Assembly (NCBI GenBank): GCA_965206845.1
Contig: OZ242221.1
Coordinates: forward strand, 256,001 to 320,000
Reading direction: 5' to 3'
DNA from: Cenarchaeum sp.
GTDB taxonomy: Archaea > Thermoproteota > Nitrososphaeria > Nitrososphaerales > Nitrosopumilaceae
DNA: 64,000 bases
Under the pieces are notes generated by a model, which did no database searches, was not told where the DNA came from, and worked only from the letters and a program-made list of their open reading frames with translations. Below are positions 8,893 through 18,384 of this stretch, piece after piece (within the stretch, counting starts at the first letter, position 1; each line of letters starts with the position of its first letter). The position numbers and the translations under genes were made by a program.

Positions 8893-10550
8893 TCCGGACC
8901 GCCGGCGGTTCCGTCACGCCGCACCTCGGCCACGCCCTGAAATCCCTCTCCGGTCTGGCGCTTGAGCACTGCGTGTATTGCACCTAGGTAAAACGAGTAC
9001 CGCTCCAAAACATCGACTCTGTATCCCTTTGCCCTCAGGTGCGCCGCAAGTTCCGGGGCCTGATCGTCGCCCTCCATGCTTATTTTGCCACCCATAGAGC
9101 AGTGGATGCGCCCCCGCTCCATTGCGGCGTACATCGAGTCCTCCTCGTCAAACAGCCGGGACAGAAACAGGCTGACCGTGGAGAATATTCTCGAGCTGCC
9201 GGGGCTGCCTACGACGATCCACGGGGCGTGGTTGTAAAATACGATGCTGGGGCAGACAGATGACCATGGAATCGAGTTTGGCCTGAGAAAGAACGCGTTG
9301 CCCGGATCCTTGAGATCAAAGGCAGACATGTAGTTGTTGTACAGGAATCCCAGGCCGCCGGCTGCGGCCTTGGAGCCGTAAACCAGCTCGATTGACTGCG
9401 TCATGCTGACTGCATTTCCCTCGCCGTCCATTACGGAGAGGTGCGTCGTGTCCTCTAGGTCAAGGGTGAGCTCCCGCAGCGGCAGCGACCGGTCGATGTC
9501 ATCCCTGATGGAGCTTGCTACCTGTCTTGCGGAGCTTCTGCTCAGGTGCGTCATGTCCTTGATCTGGTGGTACGTGCTGGGATCAAAGGGGTTCTGCGTT
9601 CTGTACAGTAGCGCCTTTCGGAGCGTCTCGGATATGTAGTGGTACGTTCTTGGGCCCTTGTGCCTCAGGATTCTCTTTGGGATGTTGTTGAGCATCATCA
9701 GTACCAGGAGCATTATGTCGCCGGCTCCCGGGGGCGGGATGGTGGAGACCTGCATTCCCCGGTACCGCCTGGATATGGGCTCTCTCTCAACTGGTGTGGG
9801 GATCAGTTCCAGGTCCTGCCTCCGCAGGTACCCCCCGTTTGCGCGCATGTCCTGGTCTATCTGGTCTGCGATCTCTCCGTTATAGAACGACTCGTATCCG
9901 GAGCTGCCGAGGCGCTCAAGCATCTCCCCCAGATCCTCCTGGACGAACAGGTCGCCTGCCCCATATGGGACACACCCGTCCTTGAGAAAGTACCTGGCGC
10001 CGGATCGTGACTTGACTGCCATGAACTTGTCCAAGTTGTTTGCCTGGGACATGTGCTGGAGCTCCGTAATGCGGTACCCCGACTTTGCTGTCCTGGTGGC
10101 CGGCCCGATCACTGTCTGCCAGTCAAGCCTGCCGTAGTGCTCACTGAGGTACCCGATTGCTGCAACGGTGCTGGGCACGGTAGTCGCACCATACCCTACA
10201 AACTGCTGCTCGCGGCTCGCAAACGCGGACGAATGGGCCAGCGACGGCGCCCGGCTGGAGCCGTCGACTGCGATCGTCTTACCGTCGATGTGGATCAGCG
10301 CAATCGTCTGTCCTCCGACGCCTGATGCCTGCGGCTCGCACACTGCAAGCGACAGGGAGGCGGCGCATGCGGCATCCACCGCATTTCCACCTTTTTTGAG
10401 CATCTCAATGCCTGCCTCTGTCGCCTGGGGAAACGCGGTGGCCACCATTCCGCGCCGGGAGACGGCTGCCTTTTTGCTGTCAAGTGGCACAAAGGACTCC
10501 TCGATCCTCCCTATATCCACGCCCCGTTTTTTGCGGATCTGCTCCTGCAT
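8889..10550 (-). CDS. ggt: Gamma-glutamyltransferase (Ntn hydrolase)
   Basis: GGNAVDAA, autocleavage Thr in DTTHLSVMDGEGNAVSMTQSIE, GFLYNN, SSVCPSI, GSPGSSRI; start ATG 10550 lies 4 bp after the upstream stop. Confidence 0.92.
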   Translation of the reverse strand: MQEQIRKKRGVDIGRIEESFVPLDSKKAAVSRRGMVATAFPQATEAGIEMLKKGGNAVDAACAASLSLAVCEPQASGVGGQTIALIHIDGKTIAVDGSSRAPSLAHSSAFASREQQFVGYGATTVPSTVAAIGYLSEHYGRLDWQTVIGPATRTAKSGYRITELQHMSQANNLDKFMAVKSRSGARYFLKDGCVPYGAGDLFVQEDLGEMLERLGSSGYESFYNGEIADQIDQDMRANGGYLRRQDLELIPTPVEREPISRRYRGMQVSTIPPPGAGDIMLLVLMMLNNIPKRILRHKGPRTYHYISETLRKALLYRTQNPFDPSTYHQIKDMTHLSRSSARQVASSIRDDIDRSLPLRELTLDLEDTTHLSVMDGEGNAVSMTQSIELVYGSKAAAGGLGFLYNNYMSAFDLKDPGNAFFLRPNSIPWSSVCPSIVFYNHAPWIVVGSPGSSRIFSTVSLFLSRLFDEEDSMYAAMERGRIHCSMGGKISMEGDDQAPELAAHLRAKGYRVDVLERYSFYLGAIHAVLKRQTGEGFQGVAEVRRDGTAGGPE

Positions 10551-10554
10551 GCCC

Positions 10555-12741
10555 CTACTGACGCTCCCCGTCAGGCTCTGCGCAGCTGTGCGCGACCAGA
10601 GCCAGAAGCAGGCCTCTGTCGACCAAGCTGTCGCGCAGGATGTGCTCATTTGGGGTTCTGTGGTCGTACCCGATGGGCCCCATGGAGCCCAGCATGCGCA
10701 TGCCAGAGGGGACATCGCACAGGCTAGATGTGGCAAAGCGGTGGGCCGGCTGGATCTTGATGTCAGCCTTGGCTGCCAGACTCTGAACCCTCTCGTAGAA
10801 CCGCATTATGTCGTCTGCTGCTTCTACGGGATCCCTTGTCACCTGCTTTACAACATGCACGTCCAGCTTTGACTTTGCCCTCGTCTTTGCAATCTTGTTT
10901 ATCCTGGCATCAAAGTCTTCCCCCTGGGCGAAGCTCGAGTAGCGGGATCCCAGCGTCAGCCTCCCGTAGTCCGGCGAGCTCCCGAAGGATGTCTTGACAG
11001 AAAAGTCAAACACTGTCATTCTGGCATCGGTGCTGCCGTAGGAGATCTTCTTCCACGCAATCAGCTTTTTGCACATATCGGGGATTACGTCCTTGGTCGT
11101 CTCATTGGGGCGCCTCACGTGAACCATATCGATGCCGTACCGGATGGTGCCGGAGCAGGTTGTTGCGACACCGCCACCCGGCATTCCCCATTTTAGATCC
11201 ACAACGTGCCTTGAGCGCTCAGAGACATCACGGACGAGTTTTTTGCTGGAGCGGCCCCCCAAGTGGTCGTCAGAGATGAGCAGTATTCCGCACCTGATCT
11301 TTTTGAGCTTTCTGGCAAACCGCAGCGCCTGCAACGCCGAGAGCATTGCGACAAGCCCGCCCTTGCTCTCTGCCACCCCCGATCCGAACAGCTTGTTCCC
11401 CATCCTGTGAAACTGCGCAAAGTCGCGGTTCTCATACCAGGTATCAAGGTGGCTCAGAAACAGGATGTCGTTTGTATCGGAGCTGTGGTTGGCAGAGTAG
11501 ATCATGTCTCCTACATCAAACTCGTGATACCTCTGGGTTTTGAAGCCCATGTGCTCCAGCCGCCTGGTGATGATCTCGCCCAGTTTGTTGACGTCCTCGA
11601 CGTTGTACGTGCTCGAGTTTACGTTGACCAGGTGCTCTAGCAGCTGCTCGTTGGTTGTGAGATGGCTGCGCAGGTAGCTGCGAACCACTGTTCTTAGCGG
11701 CTGGGATCGGACGCCCTCGGTGGCCGACTCGGGACTATGCAGGTAGGACTCTCCAAAGTACCGCATTGCGGCAGTCTCCAGAATCTTGTTGATCAGCGAG
11801 TCGTAGGTGTATCCTGCGACCTTTGCGGAGTGGACAAAGGAGCCCGTGGTGCCCAGGCTTGCCATCGAGTTCAGCTCCAGTACGTACAACCTGTTGTCAT
11901 GGTCCATCCTGAGATCCACGCGGCAGAAGTCGTTTAGCCCCAGCTTGTGAAAGGAGTCCAGGCATATCTGCCGGACGGATCTCTCCTGCTCCTCTGAGAG
12001 GACCGCGGGGCAGATCTTCTCCACAGGCTGGGTCATCTTGTCGGATTTCGTTTGAATCTTGTTTGGGTCGCCGTGAAAGTTAAACTCCACAATCGGCAGA
12101 ACCTCTGCATGCGTTCCGTTTCCCAGTATGCCCACCGCAAACTCCCGCCCGGGAATGAACTGCTCGACCAGTATATCCTGCGAGTACTTTTCAATCTGCT
12201 CCCGTACGGCCTCCCGGAGATCTGGCCAGTTGTCCACGACCTTCATGCCCATTGACGTCGACTCCATCTTGGGCTTTACAATAACTGGAAACGTCAGATC
12301 GTCAAAGGTGTCATCGGCGGTCGAGAATACCCAGAACGCGGCGGTGGGGATGCCGTTCTTCTGAAGCACCAGCTTTGTCATTCCCTTGTCCTGCACTACC
12401 GCATGCGCCTCTGGGCCGGAGCCGACGTAGGGTATCCCCAGCATCTCCAGCATTGCCGGAACATGCGTGTAGCGGTTTCTTCCCTGGATCCCGTAGGCCA
12501 TGTTGAAGACCATTCCGGGCCTATCGCCTGCAACCACCCTTGGCATAAAGTCCCTCATCTCGTCGATGAAGCTCATTCCGCCCTCGATCACCTTTACGGT
12601 GTGTCCCCCTCGCTCCAGGGATCTTGCGGCCTTCTCTATCGTTTTTGGGCTGTAGTGCTCTTTTGTAGTCACCCCAAACACGTTGATGACGTCTTCCTCG
12701 TTGATCAGCTTCTTGTTGTATACTATTGCTATCTTCAACAT
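10555..12741 (-). CDS. D-Ala-D-Ala-ligase-like ATP-grasp enzyme fused to an M20/M25/M40 peptidase-like domain
   Basis: N-half: MLEMLGIPYVGS, QDKGMTK, PVIVKP, EQFIPGREF, RVDLR, LELNSM. C-half: SHLDTW, GSGVAESKGG, C-terminal HRTPNE. Confidence 0.88.
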   Translation of the reverse strand: MLKIAIVYNKKLINEEDVINVFGVTTKEHYSPKTIEKAARSLERGGHTVKVIEGGMSFIDEMRDFMPRVVAGDRPGMVFNMAYGIQGRNRYTHVPAMLEMLGIPYVGSGPEAHAVVQDKGMTKLVLQKNGIPTAAFWVFSTADDTFDDLTFPVIVKPKMESTSMGMKVVDNWPDLREAVREQIEKYSQDILVEQFIPGREFAVGILGNGTHAEVLPIVEFNFHGDPNKIQTKSDKMTQPVEKICPAVLSEEQERSVRQICLDSFHKLGLNDFCRVDLRMDHDNRLYVLELNSMASLGTTGSFVHSAKVAGYTYDSLINKILETAAMRYFGESYLHSPESATEGVRSQPLRTVVRSYLRSHLTTNEQLLEHLVNVNSSTYNVEDVNKLGEIITRRLEHMGFKTQRYHEFDVGDMIYSANHSSDTNDILFLSHLDTWYENRDFAQFHRMGNKLFGSGVAESKGGLVAMLSALQALRFARKLKKIRCGILLISDDHLGGRSSKKLVRDVSERSRHVVDLKWGMPGGGVATTCSGTIRYGIDMVHVRRPNETTKDVIPDMCKKLIAWKKISYGSTDARMTVFDFSVKTSFGSSPDYGRLTLGSRYSSFAQGEDFDARINKIAKTRAKSKLDVHVVKQVTRDPVEAADDIMRFYERVQSLAAKADIKIQPAHRFATSSLCDVPSGMRMLGSMGPIGYDHRTPNEHILRDSLVDRGLLLALVAHSCAEPDGERQ

Positions 12742-12768
12742 CCATCCGGTGACAAAATGGTAAATAAA

Positions 12769-13254
12769 CTAAACTAGGAGCCCCGGCGGAATCCCGCGCA
12801 GGCTTGCCGCAATCCGGGTCAGCGCAAGATCCAGGTCGTCCGGAACCCAGATCAGCAGTCCTGCATCTTGCGACACGCCCTCGCATGCCCCGCTAAAGCT
12901 GGCGTATGACCTGCCGGAGCATCCCGGATAGTGCTCAAACGAGCTTGAGTTCCTTGTGAACCTGAAGTACTCGGAGACTGCCGGAACGAAAAAGACATCA
13001 AAGGCCGTGTCGCTGTCCCCGGATCGTACGCTGTACGCGTACGAGGTAGTCTCATGCGAGCTGCACACCGGAACGAACTGAACGCACCCGTCCTGCCAGT
13101 CGCAGCCATCTGGGCTGTCCTGCAGATGGTTCCGGCACACCAACGCGTACGGGTAGCTGGCTACGGTCGCGCCGGCCCCTACCGTGGCAGCAACCGCCAC
13201 GGTTACAGCCGCTGCAGCCTGCTGACTGCTGCGGTGGATCCGTTTAGTTATCAA
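12769..13254 (-). CDS. Hypothetical Cys-containing secreted or membrane-anchored protein (start uncertain)
   Basis: Ala/Val-rich N-terminal stretch followed by a globular region with 6 Cys; ends 27 bp before the ATP-grasp gene. Confidence 0.5.
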   Translation of the reverse strand: MITKRIHRSSQQAAAAVTVAVAATVGAGATVASYPYALVCRNHLQDSPDGCDWQDGCVQFVPVCSSHETTSYAYSVRSGDSDTAFDVFFVPAVSEYFRFTRNSSSFEHYPGCSGRSYASFSGACEGVSQDAGLLIWVPDDLDLALTRIAASLRGIPPGLLV

Positions 13255-13326
13255 TGTTATTAATAATTAGGCATAAATCTGCTAAGGGTTGCGCATAAAT
13301 CCACCAATAAAAGCCATTGCTCATAG

Positions 13327-13360
13327 TTTTAGTAACCAACATACTTGATTTCAACTAAAA
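13327..13360. promoter_or_regulatory. Inverted repeat TTTTAGT-N20-ACTAAAA in the AT-rich divergent promoter region, candidate NikR-type operator
   Basis: Arms at 13327-13333 and 13354-13360; a further palindrome TTATTAATAA at 13257-13266. Confidence 0.3.
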
Positions 13361-13404
13361 ATACATAAAATTTACTACTAAATTTAAATAACAATTAACA
13401 GCCA

Positions 13405-13797
13405 GTGAAGAGCATGCCTATCGTCTCGGTATCGCTGAACAGCAAAATGCTTGATGAGCTCGACGGCCTCCAGAGCGCCATGGGGTTCAGCGGAAGATCC
13501 GAGATCATCAGGGCAGGCATCAGGACGTTCATCCAAGAGGAGAAGCAGAAGAGCAACCTAAAGGATGTGCAGAACGCGGTGCTGCTTGTGGTTCATGCAG
13601 ACGAATTTGACGACCGGGTTGCGAGCATAAAGCACAGCTACGAGGATCTGATCAGGACGCACCTGCACAACAAGATTGACGACGGCAGGTGTATGGAGAT
13701 GTTCTTTTTGGATGGCGACTCGAAGCGGATACAGGCGGTAACAAAGGGGTTCATAACCGACAGGAAGATGGATACGGTAAAGCTGGTCACGCTGTGA
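13405..13797 (+). CDS. nikR: NikR/CopG ribbon-helix-helix metal-responsive regulator
   Basis: IVSVSL...GFSGRSEIIRAGIR RHH domain; metal-ligand pattern KH...HLH...C (KHSYEDLIRTHLHNKIDDGRC). Confidence 0.8.
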   Translation: MKSMPIVSVSLNSKMLDELDGLQSAMGFSGRSEIIRAGIRTFIQEEKQKSNLKDVQNAVLLVVHADEFDDRVASIKHSYEDLIRTHLHNKIDDGRCMEMFFLDGDSKRIQAVTKGFITDRKMDTVKLVTL

Positions 13798-13870
13798 TCT
13801 GGCACGATATCAGGCGCAAATACCGTCTAGCCCGGAATGAGCTTTGGCCCGTCACCACAGTCCAGATTCG

Positions 13871-14662
13871 CTATGCGATCCAAAAACCAAGCGAGAAGAT
13901 CCTTCCCTTGTATTCAAACAGGTGACCCTCAAGCGTGTTTGCCTGCCAGTTCAGATATTTCGATATGGTTACAGGGGACAGACCGGATGTCTGAACCTTA
14001 ATGCTCTCCTGATGTTGGCCAATATCATCGATGGCAAGCCTGATTAGCGGCATGATGTCCATCCGTTTTTCTGACAGATCGGCCCAGACGTTATCATTCC
14101 CCTGGAGAGGCCCGCGCGCTTTGTAAGCGTGTAGGCGAATAAAATCCCCGCCTTCTTTCATATTTGGAATATACAAACCGTCGGGACCTATGCCATAGTG
14201 CTCACCGTTGTATTCAAAATAGCGTCCGTCAAATATGCGTCTGTGGGCTGTTGGATCTATTGCCAAATATTTTTCTGGTACAAGCTCATCTTCAATAGTA
14301 AAGAAGTCCGTAGAATTCTTTGAGTACTTTTCAGCCAAAATTTCAGCATACTGGTGCTGAAAATTATCCAAGTCCTCAAAGGATATAAGCACGCTGCCTT
14401 CGGTGTTTAATGGGTACTCCTTTGAGAGGGCTTCATGAATTAGTCCCTTTAATTCAGGCGCACCCTCCAGGTCCTTATCGGTGATTACGGTCGGAGGATA
14501 ATCCGGGTGTATTTCTATCCCTTGAACTGAATAGTCCGAGTAAAGAGTTAACCTCATTCCTTCAAAGTATGGCGAGTAGCCACCTGCAACAGCAAATAGA
14601 TAAAGCAGTCCCGTTGCCAAAAAGACAGCTGCGGGGATTATGATCTTAGTTCTAGTCTTCAT
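13871..14662 (-). CDS. Hypothetical N-terminally anchored protein, AT-richer than its neighbours
   Basis: 263-aa ORF with a signal/TM segment (KIIIPAAVFLATGLLYLFAVAG); DNA visibly lower in GC. Confidence 0.7.
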   Translation of the reverse strand: MKTRTKIIIPAAVFLATGLLYLFAVAGGYSPYFEGMRLTLYSDYSVQGIEIHPDYPPTVITDKDLEGAPELKGLIHEALSKEYPLNTEGSVLISFEDLDNFQHQYAEILAEKYSKNSTDFFTIEDELVPEKYLAIDPTAHRRIFDGRYFEYNGEHYGIGPDGLYIPNMKEGGDFIRLHAYKARGPLQGNDNVWADLSEKRMDIMPLIRLAIDDIGQHQESIKVQTSGLSPVTISKYLNWQANTLEGHLFEYKGRIFSLGFWIA

Positions 14663-14920
14663 TGCTGCCCAGCGCGCTAGCTAAGAAAGGCTGCAGTTTT
14701 AACATGCACCATTACCAAAACGCTGTCCGTATAAACCAAATGCAGGTTGCGGTTAGCCCGGATAGGTCGCTCCAGCACATGCGGGCCAGTTGGCATACCG
14801 TCCGGCTTGCCCCGATACGAGGATGCATCTGTTGTCCGTGCGCCCAGGTGCTGGCGGGCCATCGAATTTTGAGAAGGATTGCTTCTGAAGTTTAATACGC
14901 ATGCCAGAGAATGACAGATA

Positions 14921-15895
14921 TTGGACTTTGAGGGGCTGCAGGACTTTATAAGACACAAGATGAGGATGACGCACATCTACCAGCCGATTGTGATAAAGAC
15001 GCTTCTGGAGTCGGACAACATGGCGACTGCCGAGGACATTGCAAGGGCTTTTCTGAACGAGGACGAGGCACAGCTGGAGTATTACGTCAGAATAGCAAAG
15101 AGGTGGCCGCTCATAACTCTGAGAAATCACGGGATAATCGGCTACGAGCGGGGCGGCAGGAATGGTATATTCACGCTACTTCTAGAGGACATCACGCCGG
15201 AGCAGAAGGCAAGGCTGGTGGAATTGTGTGATCTGAGGCGGGAGGAGTACATCGAAAATGCACTCAGACTGCCGTGGTTCAACAGGCGGGGCCGCAGGAG
15301 GCACATACCTGGCAAGTTGAGGTTTGACGTGCTGGCAAAGTCAGGGGGCGTCTGTGTGGCCTGTGGCATCTCCTCGCGGAAGAGGGCAATCGAGGTCGAC
15401 CATATCGTGCCGGTAAACATGGGCGGCACCAGCGACCTGTCCAACCTGCAGGCGCTGTGCTACAAGTGCAACGCGCAAAAGCAAGATCGTGATGACACAG
15501 ACTTTGTCATGGTTCAGAACCGGCTCAAATATCGAAACCCCGAGTGCTTCCTGTGCATGTCGAGTGGGCGCATATCTGAGAACGGCATGGCGTTTGCCAT
15601 GCGGGATGCAAATCCCGTGACCCGCCTGCACTCGGTTGTAATGCCAATAAGGCATACCGGGACTTTTTTTGATCTCATACCTGCAGAAAAGGCGTCATGC
15701 CTTGATCTCATAGACTCGGTCAAGTCGGAGATTCAGGGGAGAGACAGGACGGTGACCGGATTCAATGTGGGCTTTGACTCCGGTAGCGCCGCAGGCCAGG
15801 TGGAGGCGCACTGTCTGATTCACGTGATTCCAAGACGGCACGGCGATCATGGAAGATCTGCGGGCGGGATCAGAAGCGTTCTGAACCGGGAGTGA
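14921..15895 (+). CDS. HNH endonuclease fused to a HIT-family domain
   Basis: CVACG...EVDHIVP...GGTSDLSNLQALCYKCNAQK; C-terminal CFLC...NPVTRLHSVVMPIRH...GFNVGFDSGSAAGQVEAHCLIHVIPRR. Confidence 0.88.
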   Translation: MDFEGLQDFIRHKMRMTHIYQPIVIKTLLESDNMATAEDIARAFLNEDEAQLEYYVRIAKRWPLITLRNHGIIGYERGGRNGIFTLLLEDITPEQKARLVELCDLRREEYIENALRLPWFNRRGRRRHIPGKLRFDVLAKSGGVCVACGISSRKRAIEVDHIVPVNMGGTSDLSNLQALCYKCNAQKQDRDDTDFVMVQNRLKYRNPECFLCMSSGRISENGMAFAMRDANPVTRLHSVVMPIRHTGTFFDLIPAEKASCLDLIDSVKSEIQGRDRTVTGFNVGFDSGSAAGQVEAHCLIHVIPRRHGDHGRSAGGIRSVLNRE

Positions 15896-15974
15896 GGCCG
15901 GCACTGCAGGCCCGGAAGACCGGGTGCCCCGATACCAGAACCGGTACTGCCATACAGGCATGAAATAAGCACAG

Positions 15975-16056
15975 CGCCAGGTAAGGGATTCGAACCCCTG
16001 GGCGCTCACGCGCAGCCGTTTTCGAGACGGCCGCCTTACCACTTGGCTAACCTGGC
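15975..16056 (-). tRNA. tRNA-Ser(CGA)
   Basis: GCCAGGT...GCCGT-CTCGAAA-ACGGC, long variable arm, GGTTCGAATCC, ACCTGGC-G. Confidence 0.93.
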
Positions 16057-16135
16057 AGTAGATCGTCGGACAAACCACCTAATATACGAGCGCCCGGTAA
16101 AAAACACAAAAGGGGGAGCGCATGCAGGGATACCA

Positions 16136-17155
16136 TTGGGAGTAGACATCAAGACACTGCTGGTAAGGGAGAGGACCCGGCTGGAGTTGTTCTCGTCCCG
16201 CATAGTGGCAATAGATGCCTACAATGCCATGTACCAGTTTCTGGCGATAATCCGCGGGCCCGACGGGAGGAACCTGTCCGATTCCCGGGGGGAGGTCACA
16301 AGCCACCTCAGCGGCCTGCTGTACCGGAACATAAACTTTCTAACAATGGGGATAAAACCCGTCTACGTCTTTGACGGGAGACCGCCCTCGCTCAAGTCAG
16401 TGGAGATAGAGCGAAGGCGCCAGATAAAGAGGGACGCCACAGTCAAGTACGAGAAGGCGCTGTCCCGGGGCAGCGTAGAGGAGGTGCGAAAGTACGCGCA
16501 ACAGACCACATCACTCAGGGACAGCATGGTGGACGACACCAAAAAGCTCCTGGCGATGTTTGGAATCCCCTGGGTTGACGCGCCATCCGAGGGTGAGGCA
16601 ACCGCAGCCCACATGACCCGGACCGGCGCCGCGTTTGCGTCTGCCAGCCAGGACTTTGACTCGATCCTGTTCGGGGCAAAAAAACTCGCAAGAAACTTTA
16701 CCAACAGCGGCCGGAGAAAGATTCCAAACAGGAACACCTACGTAGATGTGGAGCCAGAGATAATCGATCTGCAAAAGTCCTTGGACGCGCTCGATCTCAC
16801 GAGGGAGCAGATGGTGGATATCGGGATACTCATCGGAACCGACTTTAACCCGGACGGATTCAGGCGCGTGGGCCCCAAGACGGCGCTGAAGATGATAAAG
16901 CGGCACTCCAGGCTGGAGGACATCCCCGGCATCAGTGAGGAGCTTGGGCAGGTAGACTACCAGCAGATACGTGACATCTTCCTGAAACCCAATGTTGCAG
17001 ATGTGAGCAGCGTGGAGTTTGGCAGCGTTGATTATGACGGGGTGCTGGAGTATCTTACAGGACGCGACTTTGCCCCGGAGAGGGTGCAGGCATCCCTGAA
17101 CCGGCTCAGAAAGGCGCTGGAGAGGCGCAGCAACAACCTGGATCGATGGATGTAG
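16136..17155 (+). CDS. fen1: Flap endonuclease 1
   Basis: TTG start giving MGVDIK; [46 protein letters not shown]-box-like NNLDRWM. Confidence 0.96.
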   Translation: MGVDIKTLLVRERTRLELFSSRIVAIDAYNAMYQFLAIIRGPDGRNLSDSRGEVTSHLSGLLYRNINFLTMGIKPVYVFDGRPPSLKSVEIERRRQIKRDATVKYEKALSRGSVEEVRKYAQQTTSLRDSMVDDTKKLLAMFGIPWVDAPSEGEATAAHMTRTGAAFASASQDFDSILFGAKKLARNFTNSGRRKIPNRNTYVDVEPEIIDLQKSLDALDLTREQMVDIGILIGTDFNPDGFRRVGPKTALKMIKRHSRLEDIPGISEELGQVDYQQIRDIFLKPNVADVSSVEFGSVDYDGVLEYLTGRDFAPERVQASLNRLRKALERRSNNLDRWM

Positions 17156-17502
17156 TCCTGTATCCTGGGCCAGTCAGGCTTCAAGAGGATGACTGATCCG
17201 CGTCTGTCCCAGGGATTGCCCCAAAGGCAGAACTGGTACGCAGTAAGGGCACCTGCAGGTTTTGGTGCGGCCGCGCCTCTGCCCAAGACGGCGTCACTCA
17301 CGGCCACCTGCCGTGACCGGCGACATTTATCCCTGCGGCGCCGGTCGGCGTCCTGCTGCCTGGATCTATGCGGCAACCGGGGTGGCCGCATCACACAACA
17401 GGTCTGCTGGTGGCAGGCAGACGTACTACGCGGAACGGTACCGCCATATCCTCAAAGGGGTTCGGCCTTAGAAACATATAGAATCACAGGTGTTGCATCC
17501 CC

Positions 17503-18354
17503 GTGGACCTGGTCAGTGGAATAGTGAGGCTCAAGTCGGAGTTTCGTACAAAACACGCCGGAGCGGGCCACCTGCAGGAGCCCATACCCCTGGAATCGAC
17601 AGAGGTGGTGCAGGTGGGGGACAGTGACCTCGACATGCTGCACAGGTTTGTCGATATACACCCGGCGTACCACGGCTGGCAGGATGCAGACTTTCTGGGG
17701 GTTCCGTGCAGGGTGCACCAGGCAGACATAAACCAGTACTGGCTGGACAGCATAAAGCACGGTGCCAGCTGCCAGTCGTTCTACCCCACATGGATGCTCT
17801 CGGCGTACGCGCTGTCTGCGCACCTCAAGGCCGCAGGTTTCTCTGAAGTGGTCGACATAGGATCCGGAGACGGCCGCATCGCATACTGTGCCCGGCTGGT
17901 GGGAATGAGGGCGCATGGCCTGGAGATAGACGGAGGCCTGGTGCAGCTGCAGCATGACATCGCCCGCGCCACAGGGGTGGCCTTTGAGGCCAGGGTGGCT
18001 GACGCGACGCGCTTTGACTATCATTCACTGGATCTGAGGCGCCCGGCGTTCCTCGTCTCGGGACTGCCGGAGATGGGCGGCGAGATGCTGGCCCGAAGCG
18101 TGATCGATGCCATATCTACAGACGCCGGCATGAGGGACAGGGCGTGCCTTGTCCTTATGGGCAAGACAGGCTCCCGGCTGGACGGGCACGGATGGGGCGA
18201 GACCATCCGGAGTTTTGGGCTGGAGGTGGACTGCACCATTAGGCTTCCAACCCACTGGACAGCAGAGCAGGCAGACGACACGCCACACATACGCGCCCGG
18301 CTTCCATCTCAGGCAGGCAGGGGTGCTGCTGCACACCAGACCCGTACCGCATAG
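17503..18354 (+). CDS. Class I SAM-dependent methyltransferase-like protein
   Basis: FYPT...VVDIGSGDGRI...GLEID...DAT motifs. Confidence 0.7.
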   Translation: MDLVSGIVRLKSEFRTKHAGAGHLQEPIPLESTEVVQVGDSDLDMLHRFVDIHPAYHGWQDADFLGVPCRVHQADINQYWLDSIKHGASCQSFYPTWMLSAYALSAHLKAAGFSEVVDIGSGDGRIAYCARLVGMRAHGLEIDGGLVQLQHDIARATGVAFEARVADATRFDYHSLDLRRPAFLVSGLPEMGGEMLARSVIDAISTDAGMRDRACLVLMGKTGSRLDGHGWGETIRSFGLEVDCTIRLPTHWTAEQADDTPHIRARLPSQAGRGAAAHQTRTA

Positions 18355-18384
18355 GTTAAATCAAACCAAGCTGAATCATACCCA

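Noticed and set aside
10551-10736. Longer GGT start overlapping the ligase by about 180 bp
   Set aside because: ATG 10550, 4 bp after the ligase stop, gives normal operon spacing
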